From Camelus dromedarius (taxonomy: Eukaryota): a DNA stretch of 64,000 nucleotides. The position numbers were made by a program, and so were the translations under genes. Numbering within the stretch: position 1 is the first letter of the stretch; each line of letters opens with the position of its first letter. Shown here piece after piece: positions 1 through 12,740 of the stretch. The stretch spans positions 106,084,001 through 106,148,000 of the forward strand of contig NC_087437.1 of assembly GCF_036321535.1 (NCBI RefSeq), given 5' to 3'. The notes below the pieces were generated by a model. The model saw only the letters and a program-made list of their open reading frames with translations. It was not told the origin of the DNA and did no database searches.

Positions 1-2078
1 GAAAGAGGTTTGGAATTCAGTGAGGCAACTTACTTGAAACAATCTATAACCTAAAGGTGTTTTTAACAGCTCAACCACGTCAACTCATACATTTGTTTCT
101 GATACGGTCTTGAATCAGCCCAGGAAGATTTTGAATAATAACATGGACCAAGACTTATCGTGAAGTGTATAAATCACTTTTGACATATATGTTCATAACA
201 GCAGCCTTCAGAAGAAAAGGGAACAGTGAAAGTTCTAAGAAACTGGACAGGAATACTTCCTAACGTTCGGTGGTTTAGATGAGTTGCCAAATTCTAAGTT
301 GTAAAAGTATATGTAGTTTGCATAAAAAAAAGAGATAATTTTATTCACTATGCAGACAAAAAGTCCCTTTGAACGTGCTCTATTTGGGGGTAATTTTGTG
401 ACTCAAAGAGTTCTTCATATTTCCCCAGGGATGCTTTAATCATTTCTCTTTTGCCCTTTAAAGACCTCAAAAAATCCAGTTATGTGTCATAAAAGTACAT
501 GTGTACCAGAGACATTCAGAATATATATTTCCAGTTAAATAATTAAGAGTGGCAGAGTAGGTCTTTGTGAGCTAAAGAACAGCTTTCCCATATAATTGAA
601 CATAGACCCTTAAAACTCAGTATTTCACAATAACTCCTTAATATTCACTAAGGGATCCCCAATGTCCAAACCAAAGTATTGTGGTCCTGAGAGATTTTCT
701 ACATTGCATGGTTCAGCCAAAGGACACATGCTGGAGCAATAGCTAAGGTATAGGGAAATTCAATGAAAAAAAAATTTTTTTTAAATAAACTAAACCCGAA
801 TCTTCACAACCAAGCTAAGCCAGCAAATGTCTGGATTCAGACACAAGGACTGTAACTCAAAGGGGTATTTTTTTGGAGCATGAAAGTAATTTCTGTGACC
901 TCGTAAGCCAGAATTAACTGCACCATCCTATAAAGGTCATTCCCGGATGGGGCAATAATCTTTTTCTTCTGTACTTGCCATTATTTGTTCTGATATTTCC
1001 TTCACTCATTCTCCACATTTCAGAGAAATTGATGACTCTCTCTATTATCAGAATTTTTCATTATTTCATTAACTTAAATGTATTTTTAGTCCGGAAGCAT
1101 ACATTTATGCAAAATGACATCTGTCTTTGACCTTTATTCCCTGCACTCACGGCTGCTTGTGACATCTCTAGTCTGGGTGGCCTCCTTTTGCCAGCTAACT
1201 TCCATGAGTGGCAGGGCTGACTCTACCTTGTTGGTTTACACTTCTTTTTCCTGCTGAGGGTCTGAAAGACTTTCGTTAGAATTTCTCTAAGCCACAGCTC
1301 CTTCGGGCCTCGCACAATTCCTGTTTCATCGCATCCCTCGTTCCAAGAGTGTGAAGAAGTGTCTATATTCTGTTCATTTTTCTATTAAAATCTAAATCCA
1401 TCCAAGAGCCTCTTGGATGTTGCTCCTTTCCTGTTAGAGATTTATAGTTGTTATTTAGAAAGAATCTTTTAATCCCTCTGGAACCACGTGTCTGTGCACC
1501 AGGATCCCTGATAGGGAATTACAGCACTTTTTCCGTCTTAGTTGTATTTGAAATTTGTTTTAAAAAAAAAAAAAAAAAAACAGAATGACATATCTGAGTG
1601 CCTGGAGTTGCACTCCCTTCAGTGTTTTGATTTCCAAGAACAGGCTATTCACATACGGTTACTTCTACCCAGAATGTCCTTCCTCCCCTTCTCTTTCTGG
1701 CCAATTTTCTGTCATCCTCAAAGGGGATCTACTTAGTAATCACTTTTTCTCTGAAGCCTTCAGTCCCCCATCTCTGTTCTTCCCCAACATTTCACATGTT
1801 AACACCCTCTTAACACTTAGCACTCTATTAACCTCTATTAACACTTAGCACATTGAGTTGCCTGGACCGTGAGTTCTTGCAAGAAAGTCTGTTGACCTTG
1901 AAATCCCCAGAGCTTATATGTTAAGCTCATTCATTCATTCATCTACCTCTTTACTCATAGAATCATGCCTTTTAAAATACTTTTCCAGAGCCTACTGTAT
2001 GCCAATAGTTTTTTGGGCCCCAAAGATAGCACTGAATGACACAAACAAGATTTCTGTTCTCTGGAAGACTTTATTTTA

Positions 2079-2303
2079 TTTTTTCTTTTTTTAAAAATTT
2101 TTATTGAAGTATAGTCAGTTTACAGTGTTGTGTCAATTTCTGGTGTACAGCACAATGCTTCAGTCATATAGGAACATACATATATTCGTTTTCATATGCT
2201 TTTTCACCATGAGTTACTACTCATGGGATAAATTGGGAGTTTGAGATTTGCAGAAACTAATATATATAAAATAGATAAACAAGAAGTTTATACTGTAGAG
2301 CAG
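2079..2303 (-). mobile_element. L1 3' end with inverted 5' segment (twin priming), inserted in an L2 relic
   Basis: T-rich tail and L1 3'UTR on the - strand (2079-2220), then upstream L1 3'UTR sequence on the + strand (2225-2303). Degenerate TSD TGGAAGACTTTATTTTA (2062-2078) / TGGAAGCTTTTATCTTA (2304-2320). Confidence 0.8.
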
Positions 2304-2524
2304 TGGAAGCTTTTATCTTAGTAGGATGAAGCCTGATCATGAGCAAGTAAACCACTACATGAACAAGATAATTTCAATAAATTATTGAATTGGTATCAAT
2401 AAAATATATAAAACAGGCCAACATAGTGTGATGGGAAGGGTACTATAAATAGGATGGTGAGACTAAACCTCTTGGGGTGGTGATATTTGAGTTGCAGTCT
2501 GAATGGCATCAAGAAGATCTGGTC

Positions 2525-3856
2525 AGGAAATGCAAATCAAAACCACAAAGGTATCACCTCAAACCTGTTAGAACGGCTATTATCAAAAATCAAAAGACAG
2601 GTGTTGGCAAGGCCATGGAGAAAAGAAAACCTCTGTGAACTGATGGTGGGAATGTAACTTGGCACAGCCACTATAGAAAACAGTATGCAGGCTCAAAAGT
2701 TAAAAATAGCACTACCATATAATCCAGCAATTCCACATCTGAGCATTTATTCAAAGAAAATGAAATCACTATCTCAAAGACATAGCTGGACCCCCGTGTT
2801 CATTGCAGCATAATTTACAATAGCCAAGACATGGAGACAACCTCAGTGTCTGCCAGGAGATAAATGGATAAAGACAATGGAGTGTGTGTATGTGTGTGTG
2901 TGTGTATATATATGTATATAAACGTGTATATATATGTATGTAAATATGTATATGTATGAATAATATTTCAGTGTGTGTGTATATATATATATACATATAC
3001 ATACACATACATATGTATCTTATATATATGCTGGAATATTATTCATGTACAAAAAGAAGGAAATTCTGCTTTTTACAACAACCCGGATAAAGCTTGAGGG
3101 CATTATGTGAAGTAAAATAAGTCAGACAGAGAAAGACAGATAGTATATGTTCTCACTTATATGAAGAACCTGAAAAAGCAAACTCAAAGAAACAGAGAAT
3201 AGGATGGTAGTTGCCAGGTCCTGAGGGCTGGGGGAAATGGGAGACACTGATGAAAGTATGCAAACTTCTAGCTATAAGATGAATAAGGTCTGGAGATGTT
3301 ATGCACAGCATGGTGGCTATAAAGAACAATACTGTATTATATACTTAGAAGTATATAAAAGAGTAAAAACAAAAAAACAAAAAACAAACAAAGCATAAAT
3401 ACAAAACAGAAATAGACTCATAGACATAGAATACAAACTTGTGGTTGCCAAGGGGGTGGAGGGTGGGAAGGGATAGACGGGATTTCAAAATTGTAGAATA
3501 GATAAACAAGATTATACTGTATAGCACAGGGAAATATACACAAGATCTGATGGTAGCTCACAGAGAGAAAAATGTGACAATGAATTCATATATGTTCATG
3601 TATAACTGAAAAATTGTGCCCTACACTGGAATTTGACACAACATTGTAAAATGATTATAAATCAATAAAAAATGTTAAAAAAAAAAAAAAAGAGTAGATC
3701 TTAAATGTTATCACCACACACCAAAAATGGCAATGATGTGAAAGGATGGATGTGTTAACTAAACTTACTGTGGTCATCATTTTGCAGTACGTACAGGTAT
3801 CAAATCATCACATGGTATAACTTATATATGTTATATGTTAATAATACCTCAATAAG
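2525..3856 (+). mobile_element. Older L1 (L1MA-like) 3' portion, interrupted by a (TA/TG) microsatellite and a younger L1
   Basis: GAAATGCAAATCAAAACCACA...TTCATTGCAGCA...TACAATAGCCAAGACATGG ORF2 end, and a 3'UTR ending CCTCAATAAG. Confidence 0.9.
3366..3687 (+). mobile_element. Young L1 3'UTR fragment nested in the older L1
   Basis: Near-identical to the 3'UTR at 11225-11552, with poly(A). TSD AAAAGAGTA at 3357-3365 and 3688-3696; the host 3'UTR resumes afterwards. Confidence 0.9.
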
Positions 3857-6294
3857 CTGGGGGGAAATGTTCTGAAATAATTTTTAAAAAGAAGAAGAAG
3901 ATACGGACGCAGAGCTTACAGGCCTTATAGCAAAAGCGTGCCCAAGGAACAGAAGGAGGCCTACAGGGATGTGTCATAGCAATAGTGAAAGAGACGTACG
4001 CAGAGGACAGACCAGATGAGGACTTGAAAGTCATGATAAGGAATTTGGTTTTGATCTAATGCAGTTGCAAGCCACCAGAGGGCTTTAAAAAGAGAGATAC
4101 AATCTCACTTGCGTCCAAAAACACGGTGGTTCCATAATGGTTGAATAAATAAATAAACTATGTCCCCTACATTTCCAAATCAACAAGTTCTTTGTGCTAA
4201 CTTTTACATCTGGAGTTGTGGTTTCAGTACTGGCAGAAGCAGGAGAGGACGTTGGCGCCCCAGTCCTGCAATCACCCTGCCTTCCAGCATCTGTGCAACT
4301 CTGTTGTCTCCATCTCCAAGAATGCCTTATTCACATATGCCCAGAATGTCCTTTCTCCCCTTCTTTTCCTGATTAACTCTTGGGCATCTCCCAAAGAGAT
4401 CTACTGAGTAATCCACCCCTGAAGACAGAGTACATCCTTTAGTTGACAGATACTGGTCCATATTCAATGACTGAATGGAGCTGACATTTCAAAATTTCTA
4501 CACAAGAAGGATTTGGGATCTTTCTGCCCATTCTCCCCACCTCTCTCTCTTACTCCCTCCCCTACCCCAGCAAGGCAGCCATCTTAGTGGACCATAAACT
4601 TTCTTTTGGATTTGTTCTACCAAAGTTTAGATTAGGACCCACGGGTGGGCTAGAGAATAGGGCAGGAGTTTGATTTTTGTCCTATATCTAAGTCATAATC
4701 TCCAATCCAGCTTCTATGAGTAAGAAAATTGATTATTTTAGTCTCATTTGCCTGACTCTCGTGCCTACCTTAAAACTGGTTCAGAACTCAGAGCAAAGGA
4801 AAAGGGTTTCTGAAATTCCAGCAAGAGACAGTGTGATATGGCTGGACGACACTAAATTGGAAGTTTGCAAACCAGTTAAACTTGGGATCTAGACGCAGCT
4901 CTAGCGCTAACTTACTGTGAAACTCTAGGGTCATGTCAGTCCCTGGAAACCAATAATTAAGTCTGTGGCAGGCACTCATTAAGCACGATGTAGATTATGT
5001 CACTGATCTTCAAAATAATCTAGATGGATACAATTATCAACCCATTTTACACATGAAAAATTGGCCAAACAGATCAGTCTGATACCTGCAATTTCAACTT
5101 AAATCACTTGATTCCAGAGCCTAATTCAGCCTCTGCATGTTTCCATGTTATTCATCTATGAAAGGCAAGGGTCAGACCAATCTCTAAGATGTCTTTCAAG
5201 TCTAAATTTCTCTGACATTAATTCACATTGCCTCCTCTACCTTCCCAAGGATGAAATGTCCATCTTTAATGCTTTGATTTTGGAAAATTAGCCTCATTTC
5301 CCTATCATTTTCTTGTGCAAGATGGGGTCCCTTCTTCATGCTGGTATTTACTTCTCTGAGTTGTTTGTGGAAGACGCATTATTGAGTTTGACAATTAGTT
5401 TGAATGTTTACCTGCCCCACTTAAAATGAATGTAAAGCTTATTTGATCAGATCAACAACTCTAACCTTCATATTTTCCCCAATATTTATCATTTTAACCC
5501 TGTCTCTTGCCAGAAACTGATGACTCTAAAAATCAAATCCTTAATCTTGGCATTCTCAATCTATCTCTCCAAATATTCTCTCTCCATATCCTCTTTCTCT
5601 TCCAAACCTTCAACTGGAAATATCTGTCGGTGCCCTACACTCAGTTTGCCACCCAGACTTTAAAATCACCAGATGCACTCTGTGCCTTACTTCCTACTAT
5701 GTTGTTTGTTTCTGTGTGAGATACATACTGACTGAATCCAGCTGATTATTTAGAATGATATCCCACATTTCTTACCAGTTGCTCTGGTTTAAAATGACTC
5801 ATCCTGCTCCCCATTCACCTTTGTTATTTGGGGGATGAGTTGATGAGTCTTGGCAAGCTCTTCATCCTAACTCAGATGTGCCTCTGAAAAATCAGCACAT
5901 CTCCTGAATGGCCACCTTAAGTCTGCAAGGGTAAACTATGGTCTCAGCTCAGAACCATCATCATACCTCTCATCCTCTGGGAAACTGTAGCAGAATCTTC
6001 CCATGGTCTAGTGGCTATTGGTCCTTTTTTTTTTTTTTTTCTGTGAGTTATAGAGTGCATCTTTTTTTTTGTATGTACAGCTTGACACAATGTGGGATTA
6101 ACCAGAGAACTGATGGTTAGCTCTACTGAGTTCTAATTGTTTTTTCTTTTATTTCTGTTTTGCCATATTTTCTCACTTTTAACATTAGTTTTTAATGCAT
6201 GCTAATAGACTCTTCTTCTTCTTAACTTCCTCCTTACTAACTCATTATTCTGCACTGTCTTTAGTGTACATAATGGTTAAAAAAAATAGCTAAC

Positions 6295-6760
6295 ATATGC
6301 TCACCAAAAGACATGTGTTAGAACCTTTAAAGCAGCACTATTCACAAGTGCTCTGAACTGGAAACTAACCAAATGCGTGTTAACAGTAGGATGGGTAAAT
6401 AGATTGTGATATATCTCCACAACTTACTGCAATAAGAATGAACACACTTAACAACATGCAACAATATGGATGAACCTCACAAATGTAATTTGAGTGAAAG
6501 AAGCCTGACACAAAGAAAACTATATGCTTCCATTTATATAAAAACAAGTGAAAGCAAACTGATGCTGTTATAAGTCAAGATAGTGGTTACCCCTGGGGCC
6601 AGGGGGACAATGCCTGTAGGAGGGCAAAAGGGGTCTCTGGGTACTGGCCATATTCTATGATTACATGGGAGTCTTCAGCTGGTAAAGACTCAGTGAGTTC
6701 TATGCTTTAGAATATGTGCACCTTCTTTATGTAGACTTTAATTTTTTTAATTTAATAAAC
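6295..6760 (+). mobile_element. Ancient L1 (L1MC/ME-like) 3' fragment
   Basis: CACCAAAAGACATGT...GCAGCACTATTCACAA...GGATGAACCTCACAAA...GTCAAGATAGTGGTTACC motifs. Confidence 0.7.
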
Positions 6761-6899
6761 TAAACAAAAAAATGACATAAAAGTTGAAAACAAACTGGAG
6801 GAAAAAAACGAATAGACATCCTTCATCAAGTACTTGCTTTTGTTCTAGCTGATGTTTATCTATGTCATTTTTACATGCTAACTCATTGCATCTACAGTA

Positions 6900-7160
6900 A
6901 TGGAGTGAAATCCAGGATTCTAATGCGGACCATCTGAGTGCTGATTTAAATCTTGGCGCTGCTACTTCCTAGTGTTTTATTTTGTTTTGGCTGTCTTTTC
7001 ATCTTTTGTTTCTACTTCTTTAATACTCACTTTTCTCGTTTACTAAATGAAGGCAATAATCGTAGCTACTTCATAGGTTTGTGGTAAGGATTAAATGAGC
7101 GAATCCTTGTAATGTATTTAATATCATCCCTAACATGTAGTTTAAGTGTTCCATCCATCT
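6900..7160 (+). mobile_element. MIR SINE relic
   Basis: MIR core-like TAAATGAAGGCAATAATCGTAGCTACTTCATAGGTTTGTGGTAAGGATTAAATGAG. Confidence 0.65.
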
Positions 7161-7442
7161 TTACTAGATTATAGTTTCTAGTTCATCTTGCCCAGAAATA
7201 CTCAACTTTTGTCCATTCAAGCTTTATGAGATAGTCCACAAGCCCTTTCACTTTCTACTATTAGAAACTGAAAAGAGAGCAGCATGCTGTGCTCTGCACA
7301 GGAATGAATGAATGAGTGAAGGAAGGAAGGGAGGGAGGAGGAATGAATGAACTAGAGAAGAATGCAGTCCTAGCAGGTGAGAATGGAGACTCAATACCAG
7401 TAAGAATGGGAGCAGACAGACAGAAACCACCAAGGTACATCA

Positions 7443-7754
7443 TTAAACATAGAGAACAAACTCATGGTTACCAAAGAGGAAGGAGGAGGGGGGATAAATT
7501 AGGAGTATAGGATTAATATATAGACACTACTGTACATAAAATAGATACCCAACAGGGACCTACTGTATAGCGCAGGGAACTACACTCAATATCTTGTAGT
7601 AACCTATAATGGAAAAGATTCTGAAAAAAGAATAGATAGATAGATAGATTTATATGTATGTATACCTGAATCACTTTGCTGTACACCTGAAACTAACACA
7701 ACATTGTAACTCAACTATAGTTTGATTAAATAAATAAAATAAATAATTTTTAAA
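7443..7754 (+). mobile_element. L1 3'UTR fragment with A-rich tail
   Basis: ACATAGAGAACAAACTCATGGTTACCAAAG...TGCTGTACACCTGAAACTAACACAACATTGTAA. TSD AAGGTACATCA (7432-7442) / AAGATACATCA (7755-7765). Confidence 0.85.
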
Positions 7755-10700
7755 AAGATACATCACCATCATCAGATTTTCTGAAAGAAAAATCAAAATT
7801 AAGGTAAAAGTGTAAGTCCATTGCGTTTCTCTCTGAATGCTGGCATGCATTACAATTTTGTATCGTATAGCACGGCAGGCAAGATGGGTAGTGGTAAGAC
7901 TGCTGACTCAGAAACACAACATCCAGATTTAAGTCATGGCCACTTACAGCATTTGGACAAATAAATTCTCCCTTCCTCAGTTTCCTTACCTGTAAGGATA
8001 AAATTCATAGTACCCCCCTCATAGTTTGAAGTTGAAAACAGTTGATATTTGTAAACAACTTGGAATCATTGGCATATAGAAAGCACTAATAACTTTACAT
8101 TCAATTAAATGTTCAAAATTTACTCCAGGAAAAATTTGCAAAGTCATATTCTTGTTCTATCCTTTCTCGATCTTCTTTGAAGTGCTTCCAGCCTCGCTCC
8201 CTCCAGGCCCCCAGTACACACAGGTCACCACCTGGCAACTCAAAGTCTTCCCCCAAAATTACTCCACCCTGACCTGCCTCCTCCCCATCCCAGAGTTCTC
8301 CTTGGGACCATTATAGAATTTACTTGTGCTGTGTTACATTCCACTCAATCGGGGGGGGGGGGGGGGCGGGAGGAGAATGTAGTCCTAAGAGACAATGATG
8401 GGTACATTTTTCTCAGATAATGTTTATGATTCTAACAGAGCTTCCTGAAATCTGCTTCATAGCCCTGTTAAGTAACACCAATGGGATAAACTTCCAGCCC
8501 CATTTCTTCCCAACTGGGAGACACTTTCAATCAGAAAAATCTTGTCTTTCTAGATCCCAGCAAGTAGATGACTACCTGTTAGACCCCGATTATTTCAGAG
8601 CTGTAAATTGCAGAATAAAAAGTAATTGTCTCTCTTCTATCCCTTCATAGCCAAATAAAGAAAAAAAGGGGAGAACTAAGAGAAGTATGGTCTGACGCTT
8701 CTGCTGAGTTTTAACTTCCCTAGGGAATGTTCAGAAAGCTGATTTCTGCAATCTCTTCTCTTTCACATGGAAAAAACTCCGTATTTCCCAATATTGTGGA
8801 AGCCTAAGAGAGAGTGCCTCCCTCAGCCTCACCCTGAATTGCCCTGGTTGATTCCAGGAGCAATCACATGGCACCCACGCACCTACCTGCACATATATGC
8901 ATATTCACGTAAACACACATATACACAGAACGGCATCGCCATCTCTATTCCAGCCCTAGAGAACTTCCCCAGATGAAAAAATAAAAAGGTAACTAATCCT
9001 AATGACCTAGCATACACAACCTGGCCCCCAGTGGTACCCTGGAAGCATAAAAGAATTTTGTTAAAAACAGGTATTTGAGTTGCAGAAGCTCAGCTTTTAT
9101 TGACTGCACAGTGCATCCTGGAAGTAAGGTGATAACTCAAGCTCCGTTCAGAAGATCAGAAGATCAGCTGCCCATGTCACACGCTAGTGCACCCTTCAGA
9201 GTGGCACACTTAATCTGCACTTGTTCTTTAGTCCAAAATGGCATTGAGAGTGTTATCAGTAGGCAGAAGGGAGCCTCTGACTTTAGGAAATGATTGAGTG
9301 GCATTTAACCCCAGAGATCCAACCCCAACCCTTCTCTTTCTCCATAGACATCTGGCCTGGCAGAACTGATGATAACGTGAACCCATTTGAGTTTGAAATA
9401 CCCATATGGGACAGGGTGTTCCAGAAATTTCTTGGCACTAGGTACACTCTTCAATAAGCAAGGATCAATACAAAAATGTAGAACCAACACCAAATTTTTC
9501 TAAAGCGTAGACACCAATCATGGGGCAGGGAAAGAATATAAATTCTCACCATAGTATAATCACAAAAAATGACTAGAAAACATTCTGAGCATTTGGTTTA
9601 CAAGGTGCATCTCATGATGCAAACCTGCATTAACCAATGACTCAGAAAGTACCAGATATAAACAATTACCCATGTACAGAAAGCACTTCCAAGGAAACTG
9701 AATCAGGTCAAGACTGAAGAATCGTTCAGGACATCCAGTACAAAACTTTCTCCTCCATTTAATCTCTGGGCAGAAAGGACTGTTTGAAATGCTTTTAAAA
9801 GCCCTTCAATATTTTGGATTTCTTGGGTGTAGCTTACACATGAGTATTCTATAATCACTAGGCTGTTCCAAAAATCTGAATCTTTAAAGTCCCAATGTAG
9901 ACATTTACCCTAAGGTAGCCTCACTAGACAAGAGCCCTATGCCATCAAGATCACATGACCCGGCCCAGCGCCCCACACTGACTCAGCCTCCTAGTTAATT
10001 CCCTGTTGGCAGAAGCCCACAGCCAGCCTCGGCCCACTCCCTCACTAACCTCAGTGCTTTCCACTCATCCGCACTCTGATCTAACCCCCAACAGTCTCAT
10101 CCTTTTGCGAACCCCTGCAATGTGAACAGAAGTGCAAGATAAAAGTGGCTGGCTGCTGTACTTGAGGGAAAGAAAAATAGGTTGAATTTTTGCACACCAT
10201 AGCTAAAGGCAGCATTGCCCTTGACCAGGATGAGGCCCCAGCCTTGTACCCTGGGCTTCAGAGGGCTCATTCTGGCCCCTCTCTCGCCATGTCCCTCCCC
10301 AGGCAAGAAGTTCATGTAGCTAAACTTGCTCATGAGGAACCTTGTCTCCCCTGATGGACCAGGCTCTGGGCACCCGGGACCCTGGAATCCCCCACCCAGA
10401 CATCACTGAGCCTACTTCCAAGGCTATAATGGGACTCTTTACCAGGTGGGCTTCCTACAAGCAGATGGCACTGGCTGTTTGCTCCTCCCAGGGCAGAGGT
10501 ATGGCTAAGGGGCTGCTGTATTCAGAGACTATGGCCTGGATGGTCCACACACAGTGAGGCCCCTCTCAGCACAAGAGAGTGCTGCTGGTGGGGAGGAAAG
10601 AGGAGCAGGCAGGGGCCAGGGCCAGCTTTCCCCAAGATGCCAAGTTTTAGCACAGAACTCTAAGAAATCTGAGAGTCCTAAATTTGCACCTGGCCTTCCA

Positions 10701-10890
10701 GGCCACTATAAAGGTAGATTTGTCAAGGGAAGGAGACAGAACAACTTTTATTTAATACATTCTCACTTGGGTTACAATTTTTAATATTTAGACGTATAAC
10801 CATATGGCCTCCATTGGCACTCTTGTTCTGGAGACAGCATTAAGGACAAGCCTGGTGAAAGGTGTATTTGCTTAAAGTTCATCGTCTTCA

Positions 10891-11552
10891 CTAGGAATAG
10901 ACTTACCATATGACCCAGGAATCCCACTCCTGGGCTTGTATCCAGAAGGAACCCTACTTCAGGATGACACCTGCACCCCAATGTTCATAGCAGCACTATT
11001 TACTATAGCCAAAACATGGAAATAGCCTAAATGTCCATCAACAGGTGACTGGATAAAGAAGATGTGGTATATTTATACAATGGAATACTACTCAGCCATA
11101 AAAACTGACAACATAATGCCATTTGCAGCAACATGGATGCTCCTGGAGAATGTCATTCTAAGTGAAGTAAGCCAGAAAGAGAAAGAAAAATACCATATGA
11201 GATCGCTTATATGTGGAATCTAAAAAACAAAAACAAACAAACAAACAAACAAAAACAAAGCGTAAATACAGGACAGAAATAGACTCATAGACAGAGAATA
11301 CAGACTTGTGGTTGCCAGGGGGGTGGAGGGTGGGAAGGGATAGACTGGGATTTCAAAATTGTAGAATAGATAAACAAGATTACACTGTATAGAACAGGGA
11401 AACATACACAAAATGTTATGATAACTCACAGAGAAAAAAATGTGACAATGAGTGTGTAAATGTCCATGAATGACTGAAAAATTGTGCTGAACACTGGAAT
11501 TTGACACATTGTAAAATGATTATAAATCAATAAAAAATGTTTAAAAAAAAAA
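10891..11552 (+). mobile_element. Young 5'-truncated L1 (ORF2 C-terminus, 3'UTR, poly(A)) with perfect 17-bp TSD
   Basis: Encodes ...PYDPGIPLLGLYP...PMFIAALFTIAKTWK...YIYTMEYYSAIK...ICGI*. TSD AAAGTTCATCGTCTTCA at 10874-10890 and 11553-11569, with a TT/AAAG endonuclease site. Confidence 0.95.
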
Positions 11553-12517
11553 AAAGTTCATCGTCTTCAGAAACTAACTTCTGCAAGGACTATACTCCTG
11601 AGAAGACTCAAGTCACAATTAAACTCTTTAAAATCTTAAAGATTTCCCTAGAACCAGCACTGTCACTCTTCAAAATAACATGGTACCCAATAAGCACCAT
11701 CCCCAACAGTCCTGAGGCGTCATGTGCCTCAGGCAACCTCCAGAACTCAGTCCTGAGTCAGTCACCTTCTCTGCCCACCCTCCCCTTGTGTCACAGTTTT
11801 AAAAATCAACTGGTGTCATCTGCAATGAAAACCAAAATCAACTCCCATGGTGCTGTGCATCCCCTAAACACAGATACGGCAGGAATAAAACCAGTAACTC
11901 CACCCACTCTCCACTCTGCTTGCTCCCATTAAGAAGCATCATGCTGTTCACAATCCTGAAGAAAATCAATGATGTATTATGGAAATCAAGGCGATGAGTA
12001 AGGAAACTAAAAATGCTATCTGGGTTCATGGCGGAAAGGATAGAGATGAATGAGGAATGAAAGGTGTGGACTGGAAAGAAAGCAGTGGGGAGGTGACAGA
12101 AACTATTTGAGAGACAGAACTGGAGGGGGAAGGTCTGGGCAGGGGTGAGAGTAAGAGAGGAGAGAGGTTCGGCAGCAGCTGCCATGCCCGAGGGATATTG
12201 AGAGAGTTGCAGAGGATGAAAGCTGGCCACAAACGTTGCCACTACACTTATCAAGAGGGATCGTCTTCTTTAATCGGTTTGAATCTGTGACTTGCTTTGG
12301 CCAATAAAGTGGGACAGAAGTGATATTGTGTAACGTCCAAGGCTGAGCCTAAAAAGTTCTGCAGTGGCTTCTTACATGCGCCCAGATGAGCCTCCAACAG
12401 CATCAGCCAACAGCAAGAGAACAGAACCACCGCCCACGTGACGTCATCAACCCAGTCACTGATGTTCAGCCTCGTATAGGGGTGGCTTGCTCCACAGCAG
12501 TGGATAACCAAAATATG

Positions 12518-12740
12518 AGGGAAGACTTTGAGATTTGCAGATACTAACTACTACATATAAAATAGATAAACAGAAAGTTTATACTGTATAGCACAGTGAA
12601 CTATATTCAATGTCTTGTAGTAACCTATAATGGAAAAGAATATGAAAAGGAATATATGTATGTATACGTGTGACTGAAACATTGTGCTGTGCACCAGAAC
12701 TTGACGCAACATTGTAAACTGACTATACTTCAATAAAATA
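12518..12740 (+). mobile_element. L1 3'UTR fragment
   Basis: TTTGAGATTTGCAGATACTAACTACT...ACATTGTAAACTGACTATACTTCAATAAAA; same subfamily as the 2.1-2.3 kb element. Confidence 0.85.

Noticed and set aside
1799..1852. Short repeats TTAACACTTAGCAC x2 and CTCTATTAAC x2 (similarly GCTAAGTACTAT x2 near 47090)
   Set aside because: Ordinary slippage micro-duplications; no repeat-spacer periodicity, so not CRISPR-like.
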